Source of the DNA: Clostridia bacterium
GTDB lineage: Bacteria > Bacillota > Clostridia > Oscillospirales > CAG-272
Reading direction: 5' to 3'
Length of the DNA stretch: 64,000 bases
NCBI GenBank assembly: GCA_029007295.1
Contig: JAQXHN010000014.1
Span: 58,813 to 122,812 of the forward strand
In this document: positions 1-9,304 of the stretch, in pieces
Layout: each line of letters begins with the position of its first letter
Numbering within the stretch: the first letter of the stretch is position 1
Notes under the pieces: generated by a model
The model's database searches: none
What the model was told of the DNA's origin: nothing
The model's input: the letters and a program-made list of their open reading frames with translations, nothing else
Program-made: the position numbers and the translations under genes

Positions 1-1
1 T

Positions 2-136
2 ACCAGAGAATACAACCGTTGCAAGATCTGCGGTCGTCCCCATGCTTACCTTCGTAAGTACGGTATCTGCCGTATCTGCTTCCGTGAATTGGCTTACAAG
101 GGCCAGATCCCCGGTGTCCGCAAGGCATCTTGGTAA
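2..136 (+). CDS. rpsN: 30S ribosomal protein S14 type Z (zinc-binding), 5'-truncated at window edge
   Basis: Manual translation [44 protein letters not shown] shows the CxxC...CxxC S14-Z signature. It lies upstream of rpsH as in the spc operon. Confidence 0.9.
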   Translation, partial: TREYNRCKICGRPHAYLRKYGICRICFRELAYKGQIPGVRKASW

Positions 137-269
137 TATATTTACCTAAAAACGTTAAACGCGGCTCACAGAGCCGATGTGGAAAACTCCACGCTAATCG
201 GAAGGAGCGAGAGCTAACCGCCGATATCAAGTCGCAACAGCGGCAACTGCATAAAGGAGATATAAAACA

Positions 270-665
270 ATGCAAATGTCAGACGTAATCGCTGATATGC
301 TTACGAGAATTCGTAACGCAAGCAATGCAAAGCATGCAACAGTTGATGTACCTGCTTCAAACATGAAGAAGGCAATCGCAGAGATTCTCTTCAATGAAGG
401 CTACATCAAAGAGTACAAAATCGTAGAAGACGGCAAGCAGGGTGTTATCAGAATCACACTCAAGTATGTCGGTAAGGAAAAGGCAATCAAGGGCATAAGA
501 AGAGTATCCAAGCCCGGTCTTCGAGTTTATTCAAACTGCGAAGATATGCCCCGTGTAATGAACGGTCTCGGTATAGCGATCATCTCTACATCAAAGGGAA
601 TTATGACCGACCGTAACGCACGCAAGCAGAATATAGGCGGCGAAGTGCTCGCCTTTGTATGGTAA
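270..665 (+). CDS. rpsH: 30S ribosomal protein S8
   Basis: ORF track protein contains [15 protein letters not shown], the conserved S8 N-terminus. AGGAGA RBS upstream. Operon order fits. Confidence 0.97.
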   Translation: MQMSDVIADMLTRIRNASNAKHATVDVPASNMKKAIAEILFNEGYIKEYKIVEDGKQGVIRITLKYVGKEKAIKGIRRVSKPGLRVYSNCEDMPRVMNGLGIAIISTSKGIMTDRNARKQNIGGEVLAFVW

Positions 666-681
666 GGGGAGGTATTACGAG

Positions 682-1221
682 ATGTCAAGAATCGGAAGAA
701 TGCCCATTATCATTCCTGCAGGCGTAGAAATTACAATCGCCGACGGAAATGTCGTAACAGTAAAGGGTGCAAAGGTAACTCTCACACAGACATTTAACAG
801 CCGTCTGACCATTGAGAAGGTCGACAACACAATAGTTGTTAAGCGTCCTACCGATGAGAAGGAGGACCGTGCAATTCACGGACTTACCCGTGCGCTTATC
901 CAGAACATGGTTACAGGCGTAACGGAAGGCTTCAAGAAGGAGCTTCAGATCAACGGCGTAGGTTATAAGGCTGCAAAGCAGGGTACTACACTGGTACTCA
1001 ACCTCGGACACTCACATGACATTAAGTTCGAGGAAAAGGACGGAATCACATTTGAGGTTCCTAATCCCAATACAATTATCGTTCACGGCGCAGAGAAGCA
1101 GACCGTAGGTCAAATAGCAGCTCAGATCCGTGAGAAGAGACCTCCGGAGCCGTACCTCGGCAAGGGCGTTAAATATGCCGATGAGCATATTCGCCGTAAG
1201 GCCGGTAAGGCTAGCAAGTAA
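682..1221 (+). CDS. rplF: 50S ribosomal protein L6
   Basis: MSRIGRMPIIIPAGVEITI is an L6 N-terminus. The internal ATG at 682 was chosen over the ORF-track start at 655 because of the GGGGAGG RBS at 666-672. Confidence 0.96.
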   Translation: MSRIGRMPIIIPAGVEITIADGNVVTVKGAKVTLTQTFNSRLTIEKVDNTIVVKRPTDEKEDRAIHGLTRALIQNMVTGVTEGFKKELQINGVGYKAAKQGTTLVLNLGHSHDIKFEEKDGITFEVPNPNTIIVHGAEKQTVGQIAAQIREKRPPEPYLGKGVKYADEHIRRKAGKASK

Positions 1222-1239
1222 AGGAAGGAGTGAAGTAGT

Positions 1240-1599
1240 ATGATAACTAAAGCTGATACAAATAAGGCGCGTCTTAAAAGACATACAAGAGTAAGAGCTA
1301 AGATATCCGGCACAGCACAAAGACCCCGTCTGTGCGTATTTCGCTCCAATGCCAACATCGCAGTTCAGATAATTGACGATGTAGCCGGAACAACACTTGT
1401 TGCGGCGTCCACACTCGAAAAGAGTTTCACCGAATACGGCGGTAACAAGACCGCAGCCCGTGAATTAGGAAAAATAATCGCCAAGAGAGCCCTTGATAAG
1501 GGAATCGAAAATGTAGTTTTCGACCGCGGCGGATATCTCTATCACGGACGTGTTCTTGAGCTTGCCGAAGGCGCCCGCGAAGGCGGACTCAAATTCTGA
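1240..1599 (+). CDS. rplR: 50S ribosomal protein L18
   Basis: The [25 protein letters not shown] motif is typical of L18. Operon position fits. Confidence 0.97.
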   Translation: MITKADTNKARLKRHTRVRAKISGTAQRPRLCVFRSNANIAVQIIDDVAGTTLVAASTLEKSFTEYGGNKTAARELGKIIAKRALDKGIENVVFDRGGYLYHGRVLELAEGAREGGLKF

Positions 1600-1615
1600 G
1601 GGAGGATAAGTAAAA

Positions 1616-2116
1616 ATGGCAGATAGAATAGACGCAAATACCCTCGACTTGCTTGAAACAAACGTAGCGATTAAGCGTGTATCCAAGACTGTAAAGGGTG
1701 GTAGAATTGCAAGATTTACCGCAATTATGGTAGTAGGAGACGGCGCAGGACATATCGGCTACGGTCAGGGAAAAGCAGCCGAGGTACCGGAAGCAATTCG
1801 CAAAGCAATCGAAGATGCGAAGAAAAACTTAATTACCGTATCCCTCAAGGGAGACACAATTCCCCACGAGATTACAGGTGAATTCGGCGCAGGCAAGGTT
1901 CTTTTGAAGCCGGCTCCCGAAGGTACCGGTATCATTGCAGGCGGTACTGTACGTAAGGTACTTGAGATTGCCGGTATTAAGAATATCCGTGCAAAATGTA
2001 TGCGTTCAAACAACCCCGTAAACGTTGTTAAGGCAACATTTGAAGGACTTAAGGCTCTTCGTACTGCTGAGCAGGTAGCAGCAATCCGCGGAATTTCCGC
2101 AGATGAATTAAACTAA
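1616..2116 (+). CDS. rpsE: 30S ribosomal protein S5
   Basis: [36 protein letters not shown] is the S5 dsRBD signature. Confidence 0.97.
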   Translation: MADRIDANTLDLLETNVAIKRVSKTVKGGRIARFTAIMVVGDGAGHIGYGQGKAAEVPEAIRKAIEDAKKNLITVSLKGDTIPHEITGEFGAGKVLLKPAPEGTGIIAGGTVRKVLEIAGIKNIRAKCMRSNNPVNVVKATFEGLKALRTAEQVAAIRGISADELN

Positions 2117-2132
2117 TTGGAGGCGCAAAGCA

Positions 2133-2315
2133 ATGGCAACTAAATTAGCTAAAGTTACGCTTGTAAAGAGCCTCATCGGTTCCAAGCCGAATCAGAAGCT
2201 TACCGCAAAGAGTCTCGGTCTTAACAAGATCGGAGATTGTATCGAACACGCAAACGACGGTGTTTTAAAGGGCAAGCTCAAGGTTATCGGCCATCTCGTC
2301 AAGGTTGACGAGTAA
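2133..2315 (+). CDS. rpmD: 50S ribosomal protein L30
   Basis: 60-aa protein with [15 protein letters not shown], between S5 and L15. Confidence 0.95.
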   Translation: MATKLAKVTLVKSLIGSKPNQKLTAKSLGLNKIGDCIEHANDGVLKGKLKVIGHLVKVDE

Positions 2316-2341
2316 GCAAATTTTTAAAAGGAGGAAATCCA

Positions 2342-2782
2342 ATGAAGCTCCATGAACTCTCACCCGCCGAAGGCTCTGCAAAGGCAGCATGGCGTAGAGG
2401 CAGAGGTCCCGGCTCCGGCAACGGTAAGACCGGCGGCAGAGGACACAAGGGACAGAATGCCCGTTCAGGCGGCGGCGTACGCCCCGGTTTTGAAGGAGGA
2501 CAGCTCCCTCTTTACAGAAAGCTCCCTAAAAGAGGCTTTCACAACATCTTCGCTAAGAAGTATGCAATCGTAAATGTAAGTGCCCTTGAGGCATTTGATA
2601 ACGGCGCTGAGATCGATATCGACACTCTTCTCGAAAAGAAGATCGTACGCAATAAGTACGATGGACTGAAGGTTCTCGGTAACGGTCAGCTCACCAAGAA
2701 AGTAACTGTAAAAGCAACAGTCTTCTCCGGAACAGCAAAGGAAAAGATTGAAGCGGCAGGAGGAAAGGCCGAGGTGATGTAA
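2342..2782 (+). CDS. rplO: 50S ribosomal protein L15
   Basis: [12 protein letters not shown]...[35 protein letters not shown] is the L15 signature. Confidence 0.97.
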   Translation: MKLHELSPAEGSAKAAWRRGRGPGSGNGKTGGRGHKGQNARSGGGVRPGFEGGQLPLYRKLPKRGFHNIFAKKYAIVNVSALEAFDNGAEIDIDTLLEKKIVRNKYDGLKVLGNGQLTKKVTVKATVFSGTAKEKIEAAGGKAEVM

Positions 2783-2783
2783 A

Positions 2784-4073
2784 GTGTTTAAGACTCTTAC
2801 AAACGCATGGAAAACCCCTGAGCTTCGCAAAAAGCTTATTGTAACAGTATTTATTATTATACTTTACAGACTCGGTTCAACAATCCCTATGCCGTATGTT
2901 AATGCCGGCCTTATGGAAAGCATCAACACAATATACGGCGGAACTATTTTGCAGTATTTAAATATACTCTCCGGTTCAGCGTTTGCACAGGCAACACTTT
3001 TCGCACTTTCAATTTCACCCTATATCACCGCGTCCATTGTTATCCAGCTTCTCACTGTTGCTATTCCCGCACTTGAAAAGCTTTCAAAGAACGGTGAGGA
3101 GGGCAGAAAAAAACTCACACAGATTACTCGTTATGTAACCGTGGTGCTCGGTTTGATTACCGCTTTCGGTTATTATATGTTCCTTCGTAATCAGGGCTGG
3201 CTCACAAACAACAGCGTTTTCGTTGCATTCGTAATTATCGCATGCTACGGCGCAGGTGCGGCTCTTATTATGTGGCTTGCGGAAAAAATCAATGAGCATG
3301 GAATCGGTAACGGTATCTCAATGATTCTTTTTGCAAATATTTTGGCAAGCGGCACACAGATTATTTCAACATTCTCCGAATTCATCAAGGAAGGCCCCTG
3401 GGGTATTGTTAAGACGGAAGTAATCGTTGTGATTTCACTTGCAATTATCACTTTCGTAGTATTCGTAACCGAGAGTGAACGCAGAATTCCCGTACAGTAC
3501 GCCAAGAAGGTTGTCGGACGCAAGCAATACGGCGGTCAGAGCTCTAATCTTCCGATTAAGCTCAATATGTCCGGCGTTATGCCCATCATCTTCGCAAACT
3601 CCATTGTTGCAATTCCCGCAACAATCGGTATGATTGCAGGCGTTGATACAAACGGCACGGGCTTCTGGTCAAAGTTTATAAACTTCTTCTCGGCAGGATC
3701 ATGGTTCTATGTAATAATCTTCGTGATTCTTATTATTGCATTCGCATATTTCTATGTATCCATCTCCTTCAACCCTGTTGAAGTAGCCAACAATATGAAG
3801 AAGCAGGGCGGTTTTATCCCCGGTATTCGTCCGGGCAAGCCGACATCTGATTACATTAAAAAGATTCTCGGAAGAATTACCTTAATCGGAGCGTTCTTCC
3901 TTTGCATCGTAGCGGCATTGCCTCTCATTGCAAGCATCATATCCGGCGGTGTGCTGTCCGGAATCGCATTCGGCGGTTCTTCGCTCCTCATCGTTGTAGG
4001 TGTTGCACTTGAAACGGCTCGTGAGCTTGAAGCACAGCTCACAATGCGTCACTACAAGGGCTTTCTTGAATAA
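2784..4073 (+). CDS. secY: preprotein translocase subunit SecY
   Basis: 429-aa polytopic membrane protein (LGSTIPMPYVN, GNGISMILFANI). GTG start one nt after the rplO stop. Canonical position. Confidence 0.97.
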   Translation: MFKTLTNAWKTPELRKKLIVTVFIIILYRLGSTIPMPYVNAGLMESINTIYGGTILQYLNILSGSAFAQATLFALSISPYITASIVIQLLTVAIPALEKLSKNGEEGRKKLTQITRYVTVVLGLITAFGYYMFLRNQGWLTNNSVFVAFVIIACYGAGAALIMWLAEKINEHGIGNGISMILFANILASGTQIISTFSEFIKEGPWGIVKTEVIVVISLAIITFVVFVTESERRIPVQYAKKVVGRKQYGGQSSNLPIKLNMSGVMPIIFANSIVAIPATIGMIAGVDTNGTGFWSKFINFFSAGSWFYVIIFVILIIAFAYFYVSISFNPVEVANNMKKQGGFIPGIRPGKPTSDYIKKILGRITLIGAFFLCIVAALPLIASIISGGVLSGIAFGGSSLLIVVGVALETARELEAQLTMRHYKGFLE

Positions 4074-4110
4074 TCGTAAGCTCTGTTAAACGTGCAAGGA
4101 GAAACACGCT

Positions 4111-4740
4111 ATGAAGATAATTTTTCTCGGAGCGCCCGGTGCCGGAAAGGGCACACAATCAGAAATAGCAAGCCGCGAATTCAACATTCCGACTATTTCA
4201 ACAGGCGCAATTATCCGCGAAGCTATTAAGAACGGAACAGAAATGGGCACAAAGGCTAAGGCTTATACCTCAACCGGGGCTCTTGTTCCCGACGAAGTAG
4301 TAATCGGCATTATCAAAGAACGTCTTGCACAGCCTGACTGTGCAAACGGATTCATCCTTGACGGTTTTCCGAGAACTGTGCCTCAGGCGCAGGCTCTCGA
4401 TGACATGGGAGTTAATATCGACCGTGTTGTAAGCATTGAAGTTGACGATGACGCTATCGTACGCCGAATGGGCGGAAGACGCTCATGTCCGGCGTGCGGA
4501 GCGACATTTCACATCGACTATAAGCCCTCGTCAAAGGGGAACAGGTGCGACAAATGCGGGGAAGAATTAACAATCCGTGCCGACGATAAACCGGATGTTG
4601 TTTTATCCCGCCTTGAGACCTATCATAAGACAACCGAGCCGCTTAAAGATTATTATGCAGCTAAGGGACTTCTTAAAACGGTAATAGGTCAGGAGGAGGT
4701 TGCCGATACAACGGCACTGACTTTAGAGGCACTTAAGTAA
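4111..4740 (+). CDS. adk: adenylate kinase (zinc-lid type)
   Basis: P-loop GAPGAGKGTQ and lid CPACG...CDKCG. Confidence 0.97.
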   Translation: MKIIFLGAPGAGKGTQSEIASREFNIPTISTGAIIREAIKNGTEMGTKAKAYTSTGALVPDEVVIGIIKERLAQPDCANGFILDGFPRTVPQAQALDDMGVNIDRVVSIEVDDDAIVRRMGGRRSCPACGATFHIDYKPSSKGNRCDKCGEELTIRADDKPDVVLSRLETYHKTTEPLKDYYAAKGLLKTVIGQEEVADTTALTLEALK

Positions 4741-4752
4741 AAGAGATTATTT

Positions 4753-5505
4753 ATGATACAGCTCAAAAAACCGGAACAAATTGAATTGATGAGGCAAGCC
4801 GGAAGAATTACCGGCGAGGCGCTCGTTCTTGCCGGAGAGGCAGTCGCCGAGGGCGTAACAACCAAGCATCTGGACGGTATTATTCGCAGTCATATTGAAA
4901 AATGCGGAGCAAAGCCGTCGTTTCTCGGATACGGCGGATTCCCGGCGAGCGCATGTATAAGTATCAACTCCGAGGTAATCCACGGAATACCTTCGCCCAA
5001 GAGGGTACTTCGCGAGGGGGACATCGTAAAAATAGATGTCGGCGCATTTTACCGCGGCTTCCACGGCGACAGTGCATGTACTTTCGCAGTGGGTAAAATC
5101 TCATCGGAAGCACAAAAGCTCATTGATGTAACAAAGCAAAGCTTTGAAGAAGGTGTGAAGAAGGCTTTGGTGGGTGGCAGAATCGGCGACATAGGTCACG
5201 CTGTTGATGCTTATGTAAAATCCTTCGGTTACAGTACAGTTAAGAGATATGTCGGTCACGGTGTGGGGCATGACCTGCACGAATCACCCGATGTTCCGAA
5301 TTACGGAAGCGTGGGAAGAGGACCGAGACTATATCCCGGTATGACTATTGCAATAGAGCCTATGGTTAATATCGGAGATTACGAGGTTGTCGAGCTCGAT
5401 GACGGCTGGACAGTGTTGACCAAGGATGGAAGCTTATCTGCTCACTATGAGCATACGGTTGCAATTTTGGACAACGGACCTGAGCTGCTTACAAAGGTCA
5501 ATTAA
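4753..5505 (+). CDS. map: type I methionine aminopeptidase
   Basis: Metal-ligand context DIVKIDVGA...HGDSA...GHGVG...IEPM...EHTV. Confidence 0.96.
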   Translation: MIQLKKPEQIELMRQAGRITGEALVLAGEAVAEGVTTKHLDGIIRSHIEKCGAKPSFLGYGGFPASACISINSEVIHGIPSPKRVLREGDIVKIDVGAFYRGFHGDSACTFAVGKISSEAQKLIDVTKQSFEEGVKKALVGGRIGDIGHAVDAYVKSFGYSTVKRYVGHGVGHDLHESPDVPNYGSVGRGPRLYPGMTIAIEPMVNIGDYEVVELDDGWTVLTKDGSLSAHYEHTVAILDNGPELLTKVN

Positions 5506-5559
5506 GAAATTCGGTAAGACATAACAGCCGAGAGGCTATCATAAGTAGGAGGGATTATT

Positions 5560-5778
5560 CTGCCAAAGGATGATGTTGTAAAATTTGAAGGAACGGTAAT
5601 CGAAGCATTGCCGAATGCAACCTTCAAGGTACAGTTGCCCAACGGGCATATAGTTACGGCACATATCTCCGGAAAGCTCCGTATGAATTATATATGGATT
5701 GTACCCGGCGATAAGGTTGACGTAGAGGTTTCGGTATACGATTTAACAAAAGGTCGTATAACCTGGAGAACAAAATAA
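5560..5778 (+). CDS. infA: translation initiation factor IF-1 (non-canonical start codon, CTG at 5560 or ATT at 5557)
   Basis: Not in the ORF track. Manual translation (L)[71 protein letters not shown] aligns end-to-end with bacterial IF-1. An in-frame TAA at 5542 leaves only GTA GGA GGG ATT ATT CTG upstream. AGGAGG RBS at 5547-5552. Confidence 0.9.
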   Translation: MPKDDVVKFEGTVIEALPNATFKVQLPNGHIVTAHISGKLRMNYIWIVPGDKVDVEVSVYDLTKGRITWRTK

Positions 5779-5796
5779 GAAAGGTAAGGTATAAAA

Positions 5797-5910
5797 ATGA
5801 AAGTTAAACCTTCCGTAAAAAAGATTTGTGAAAAGTGCAAGGTTATCAAGCGCAAAGGTAAGGTAATGGTTATCTGCGAGAATCCGAAGCACAAACAGAG
5901 ACAGGGCTAA
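5797..5910 (+). CDS. rpmJ: 50S ribosomal protein L36
   Basis: Manual translation [37 protein letters not shown] (37 aa, too short for the ORF track). Confidence 0.95.
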   Translation: MKVKPSVKKICEKCKVIKRKGKVMVICENPKHKQRQG

Positions 5911-5950
5911 TAGCTCTTAAATAACTAACTTAAGGAGTTGAAATCAAAGT

Positions 5951-6319
5951 ATGGCTCGTATAGCAGGTGTTGATATACCGAATGCGAAGCGCATTGAAAT
6001 TGCGCTTACCTACATTTACGGTATCGGAAGAACCAGCGCGAACAAAATACTGGCTGCAACAGGTATTGACCCGAATACAAGAGCAAAGGATCTTACCGAA
6101 GCAGAAACAGCAAAGCTTCGTGACGAGATAGAAAACAACTACAAGGTCGAGGGTGACCTCCGTCGCGATGTCGGACTTGATATCAAGCGTCTTGTCGAGA
6201 TTAACTGCTACCGCGGAATCCGTCACAGAAAGGGTTTGCCGGTAAGAGGACAGCGCACCAAGACCAATGCGAGAACCCGCAAGGGGCCCGTAAAGACAAT
6301 CGCTAATAAGAAGAAGTAA
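5951..6319 (+). CDS. rpsM: 30S ribosomal protein S13
   Basis: [26 protein letters not shown] is the S13 N-terminus. Confidence 0.97.
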   Translation: MARIAGVDIPNAKRIEIALTYIYGIGRTSANKILAATGIDPNTRAKDLTEAETAKLRDEIENNYKVEGDLRRDVGLDIKRLVEINCYRGIRHRKGLPVRGQRTKTNARTRKGPVKTIANKKK

Positions 6320-6336
6320 GGAGGAGATTAACCAAA

Positions 6337-6732
6337 ATGGCTAAAGTAGTAAAGAAAGTCGTAAGAAAACGCCGTGAGCGTAAGAATATTGAAAAGGGAG
6401 CGGCACATATCAGAGCAACCTTTAACAATACAATCGTTACAATCACCGATGTTGCAGGAAATGCAGTATCTTGGGCTTCTGCCGGCGGACTCGGCTTCAA
6501 AGGCTCTAAAAAATCCACTCCTTTCGCTGCACAGATGGCATCTGAAAAGGCAGCTAAGGCAGCAATGGATCACGGTATGAAGACCGTTGAGGTTTATGTA
6601 AGAGGACCGGGATCGGGAAGAGAATCCGCAATCAGAGCGCTTCAGACTGCAGGTTTGAACATTACTCTTATTAAGGATGTAACACCTATCCCGCACAACG
6701 GATGCAGACCGCCTAAGCGCCGCAGAGTTTAA
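6337..6732 (+). CDS. rpsK: 30S ribosomal protein S11
   Basis: [30 protein letters not shown] is the S11 signature. Confidence 0.97.
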   Translation: MAKVVKKVVRKRRERKNIEKGAAHIRATFNNTIVTITDVAGNAVSWASAGGLGFKGSKKSTPFAAQMASEKAAKAAMDHGMKTVEVYVRGPGSGRESAIRALQTAGLNITLIKDVTPIPHNGCRPPKRRRV

Positions 6733-6753
6733 TTTGCAAGGAGGATATGTATT

Positions 6754-7380
6754 ATGGCAAGATATACTGGACCCGCATGTAAGCTTTGCCGCAGAGAGAA
6801 CACTAAGCTCTTTCTGAAGGGTGAGCGTTGTTTGTCGGGCAAATGCTCGTTTGAGCGTAGATCCTTCGCTCCCGGTCAGCACGGTACCGCGAGAAAGAAG
6901 GTAGAAGAGTACGGTCTTCAGCTTCGTGAAAAGCAGAAGGCAAAGAGATATTACGGTGTACTTGAGAATCAGTTCCACAACTACTTCTTAAAGGCAGACC
7001 GTATGGAAGGTATGACAGGCGAAAACCTCCTCGTACTTCTTGAGAGAAGACTTGATAATGTAATTTACAGAATGGGTATGGCAGAAAGCCGTAACGACGC
7101 AAGACAGCTTGTGCTTCACGGACACTTCACCTTGAACGGTAAGAAGGTTACGATCCCTTCACTCCTTATCAAGGCAGGCGATGTAATCACCGTAAGAGAA
7201 GCAAGCCGTTCATCTTCAAAGATTAAGGGACTTATCGAGGATCTCGATTCCCGTATTTTCCCGAAGTGGCTCGATGTTGACAAGAACACGGCTACTGCTA
7301 AGGTAACTGCGCTTCCCACAAGAGAAGACATCGAATTCCCGTTCGAGGAGCATCTCATTGTCGAGTTGTACTCCAAGTAA
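6754..7380 (+). CDS. rpsD: 30S ribosomal protein S4
   Basis: [15 protein letters not shown] is the zinc-type S4 N-terminus, and an S4 RNA-binding domain is present. Confidence 0.97.
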   Translation: MARYTGPACKLCRRENTKLFLKGERCLSGKCSFERRSFAPGQHGTARKKVEEYGLQLREKQKAKRYYGVLENQFHNYFLKADRMEGMTGENLLVLLERRLDNVIYRMGMAESRNDARQLVLHGHFTLNGKKVTIPSLLIKAGDVITVREASRSSSKIKGLIEDLDSRIFPKWLDVDKNTATAKVTALPTREDIEFPFEEHLIVELYSK

Positions 7381-7450
7381 AAACACCTCCGGCAATAGCT
7401 GAACGCTATCGCAAAACAACCCACATTTTATGTATCAGGAGGATTATTGT

Positions 7451-8401
7451 ATGATAGAGATAGAAAAGCCCAATATAGAGACAGCCGAATTAAGCGAAGA
7501 CGGAAAATTCGGGAAGTTTGTTGTAGAACCGCTTGAGCGCGGATACGGCACAACCCTCGGAAATTCACTGCGCCGTGTGCTTTTAAGCTCACTGCCCGGT
7601 GTAGCCGTTGTCTCCATCAAGATTGACGGCGTACTTCACGAAATCTCCACGATACCCGGTATCAAGGAGGATGTAACCGAAATCGTCCTTAATGTAAAGG
7701 GAATTGTTGCAAAGCTTCACTGCGACGGGCCGAAGACCGTTGTTCTTGATGTCATCGGTCCGAATGTAGCAACAGCCGGTGATATAAAGGGTGACGACGA
7801 GATTGAAATTCTCAACCCCGAACATCTTATTGCAACGGTAGGAGACAATACACGCTTCTATATGGAGCTTACATTTGACCACGGCAGAGGATATGTTTCA
7901 CAGGAAAAGAACAAGCAGAACAATCCTACAGTTATCGGTTTAATCTACACAGATTCGATTTACACCCCTGTTTATAATGTAAGCTATACGGTAGAGAATA
8001 CCCGTGTCGGAAATATAACCGATTACGATAAGCTGACGCTTAACGTAACGACTAACGGAACCATCTCGGCCAAGGAAGCGGTATCGCTCGGTGCCAAGAT
8101 ACTCAACGAGCATCTCAACTTGTTTGTAGACCTCGATGAGGAAGCAAAGAAGACAGAGATTATGGTTGAAAGACCTGAAACCCAAAAGGAAAAGGTTCTT
8201 GAGATGGCCATTGAGGAGCTTGACATGTCGGTTCGTTCATTCAACTGCTTGAAGCGTGCCGGCATCAATACGGTTGACGACCTTACCAATCGTACAGAGG
8301 ACGATATGATTAAGGTAAGAAACCTCGGAAAAAAGTCTCTTGAAGAAGTAATTGCTAAGCTTCATTCTTTAGGCCTTGAGCTTAAGAAGGAAGAAGAATA
8401 A
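7451..8401 (+). CDS. rpoA: DNA-directed RNA polymerase subunit alpha
   Basis: [10 protein letters not shown]...[20 protein letters not shown] and the C-terminal [19 protein letters not shown] at 7451 preferred (AGGAGG at 7437-7442). Confidence 0.96.
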   Translation: MIEIEKPNIETAELSEDGKFGKFVVEPLERGYGTTLGNSLRRVLLSSLPGVAVVSIKIDGVLHEISTIPGIKEDVTEIVLNVKGIVAKLHCDGPKTVVLDVIGPNVATAGDIKGDDEIEILNPEHLIATVGDNTRFYMELTFDHGRGYVSQEKNKQNNPTVIGLIYTDSIYTPVYNVSYTVENTRVGNITDYDKLTLNVTTNGTISAKEAVSLGAKILNEHLNLFVDLDEEAKKTEIMVERPETQKEKVLEMAIEELDMSVRSFNCLKRAGINTVDDLTNRTEDDMIKVRNLGKKSLEEVIAKLHSLGLELKKEEE

Positions 8402-8452
8402 ACCGTTTTCGTAAAGTAAACGGAACGGAACGATTATAAGGAGGAAATCCTA

Positions 8453-8797
8453 ATGCCAGGAACAAGAAAACTCGGCAGACCCACGGCTCACCGTCAGGCA
8501 ATGCTCCGCGGTATGGTAACATATTTGCTCGAAAACGGACAGATTGAGACCACGCTTACAAGAGCTAAGGAAGTTCGTGCTCTGACCGATAAGATGATAA
8601 CTCTCGCAAAGACAAATACACTTGCATCCCGCCGTCAGGCGCTTGCATTTATTACAAAGCCGGAGGTTGTTAAGAAGCTGTTCTCAACGATAGCTCCTAA
8701 TTTCGCTGACCGTAAGGGCGGCTATACCAACCTTTACAAGCTCGGACCCCGTCGCGGCGACGCTGCCGAAATGGCGCTCATCAAGCTTGTTGACTGA
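8453..8797 (+). CDS. rplQ: 50S ribosomal protein L17
   Basis: [18 protein letters not shown] is the L17 signature. Last gene of the alpha operon. Confidence 0.97.
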   Translation: MPGTRKLGRPTAHRQAMLRGMVTYLLENGQIETTLTRAKEVRALTDKMITLAKTNTLASRRQALAFITKPEVVKKLFSTIAPNFADRKGGYTNLYKLGPRRGDAAEMALIKLVD

Positions 8798-8820
8798 GTT
8801 AATCACATTAAAAATAAAAA

Positions 8821-8849
8821 CGCACTCGCCCTCGGCGGGTGCGTTTTTT
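8821..8849 (+). terminator. intrinsic terminator of the ribosomal-protein operon
   Basis: CGCACTCGCC-CTC-GGCGGGTGCG hairpin (10 bp, one G:U) followed by TTTTTT. Confidence 0.8.
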
Positions 8850-8908
8850 CTCAATGTGCAAAGCGTTAAGAATTACAAGTGAGTATAAATAATAATACAG
8901 GTTGGTTT

Positions 8909-8937
8909 TTGAAAATAAGACAATTATACTGTACAAT
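8909..8937 (+). promoter_or_regulatory. sigma-A-like promoter (TTGAAA-17-TACAAT)
   Basis: Hexamers read directly, 17-nt spacer, about 30 nt upstream of the 8968 CDS. Confidence 0.45.
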
Positions 8938-8967
8938 TTAATTTATTGAAGAAAAAGGAGAAGAACA

Positions 8968-9255
8968 TTGGCTTTAAACATAAAATGTCCGAGATGCGGA
9001 GGTACGCATGTTCAACTGTCAAACGAACAAAGCAAGCACGGTTGCTTATGGACTATACTCTTCGGTATTTACTATATCGTTTGGGTATTGATTAAATGGA
9101 CAGTAGGATTGGTTCTGCTTTTTTCTGTGGATTGGTGGATGGCGATAATTAAAGCGTCAATGGGAAAAGGATATGTTTGGCAGTGCAGAAGATGCTTTTC
9201 GGCGAATAAAAGAATTTTTTACTGTCACGACTGCGGATATAATTTTAAAACATAA
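8968..9255 (+). CDS. small membrane protein with N- and C-terminal zinc-ribbon motifs
   Basis: CPRCGG...H near the N-terminus, two hydrophobic helices, then CRRC...CHDCG. TTG start with AAAGGAGAAG RBS. Confidence 0.6.
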   Translation: MALNIKCPRCGGTHVQLSNEQSKHGCLWTILFGIYYIVWVLIKWTVGLVLLFSVDWWMAIIKASMGKGYVWQCRRCFSANKRIFYCHDCGYNFKT

Positions 9256-9282
9256 AAATCGGCACGGGTTCTCCGTGCCGAT
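9254..9282. terminator. hairpin terminator between convergent genes (good U-tract for minus-strand putP)
   Basis: ATCGGCACGG-GTTCT-CCGTGCCGAT. The minus-strand reading is followed by TTTTTATGTTTT. Confidence 0.7.
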
Positions 9283-9304
9283 TATGCTATATCAAGTTCG
9301 GGAA

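Noticed and set aside
6328-6978. 216-aa ORF on the minus strand.
   Set aside because: It is entirely antisense to the highly conserved rpsK and rpsD genes, has no RBS, and has low-complexity Cys/Ser/Leu-rich composition. It is a shadow ORF.
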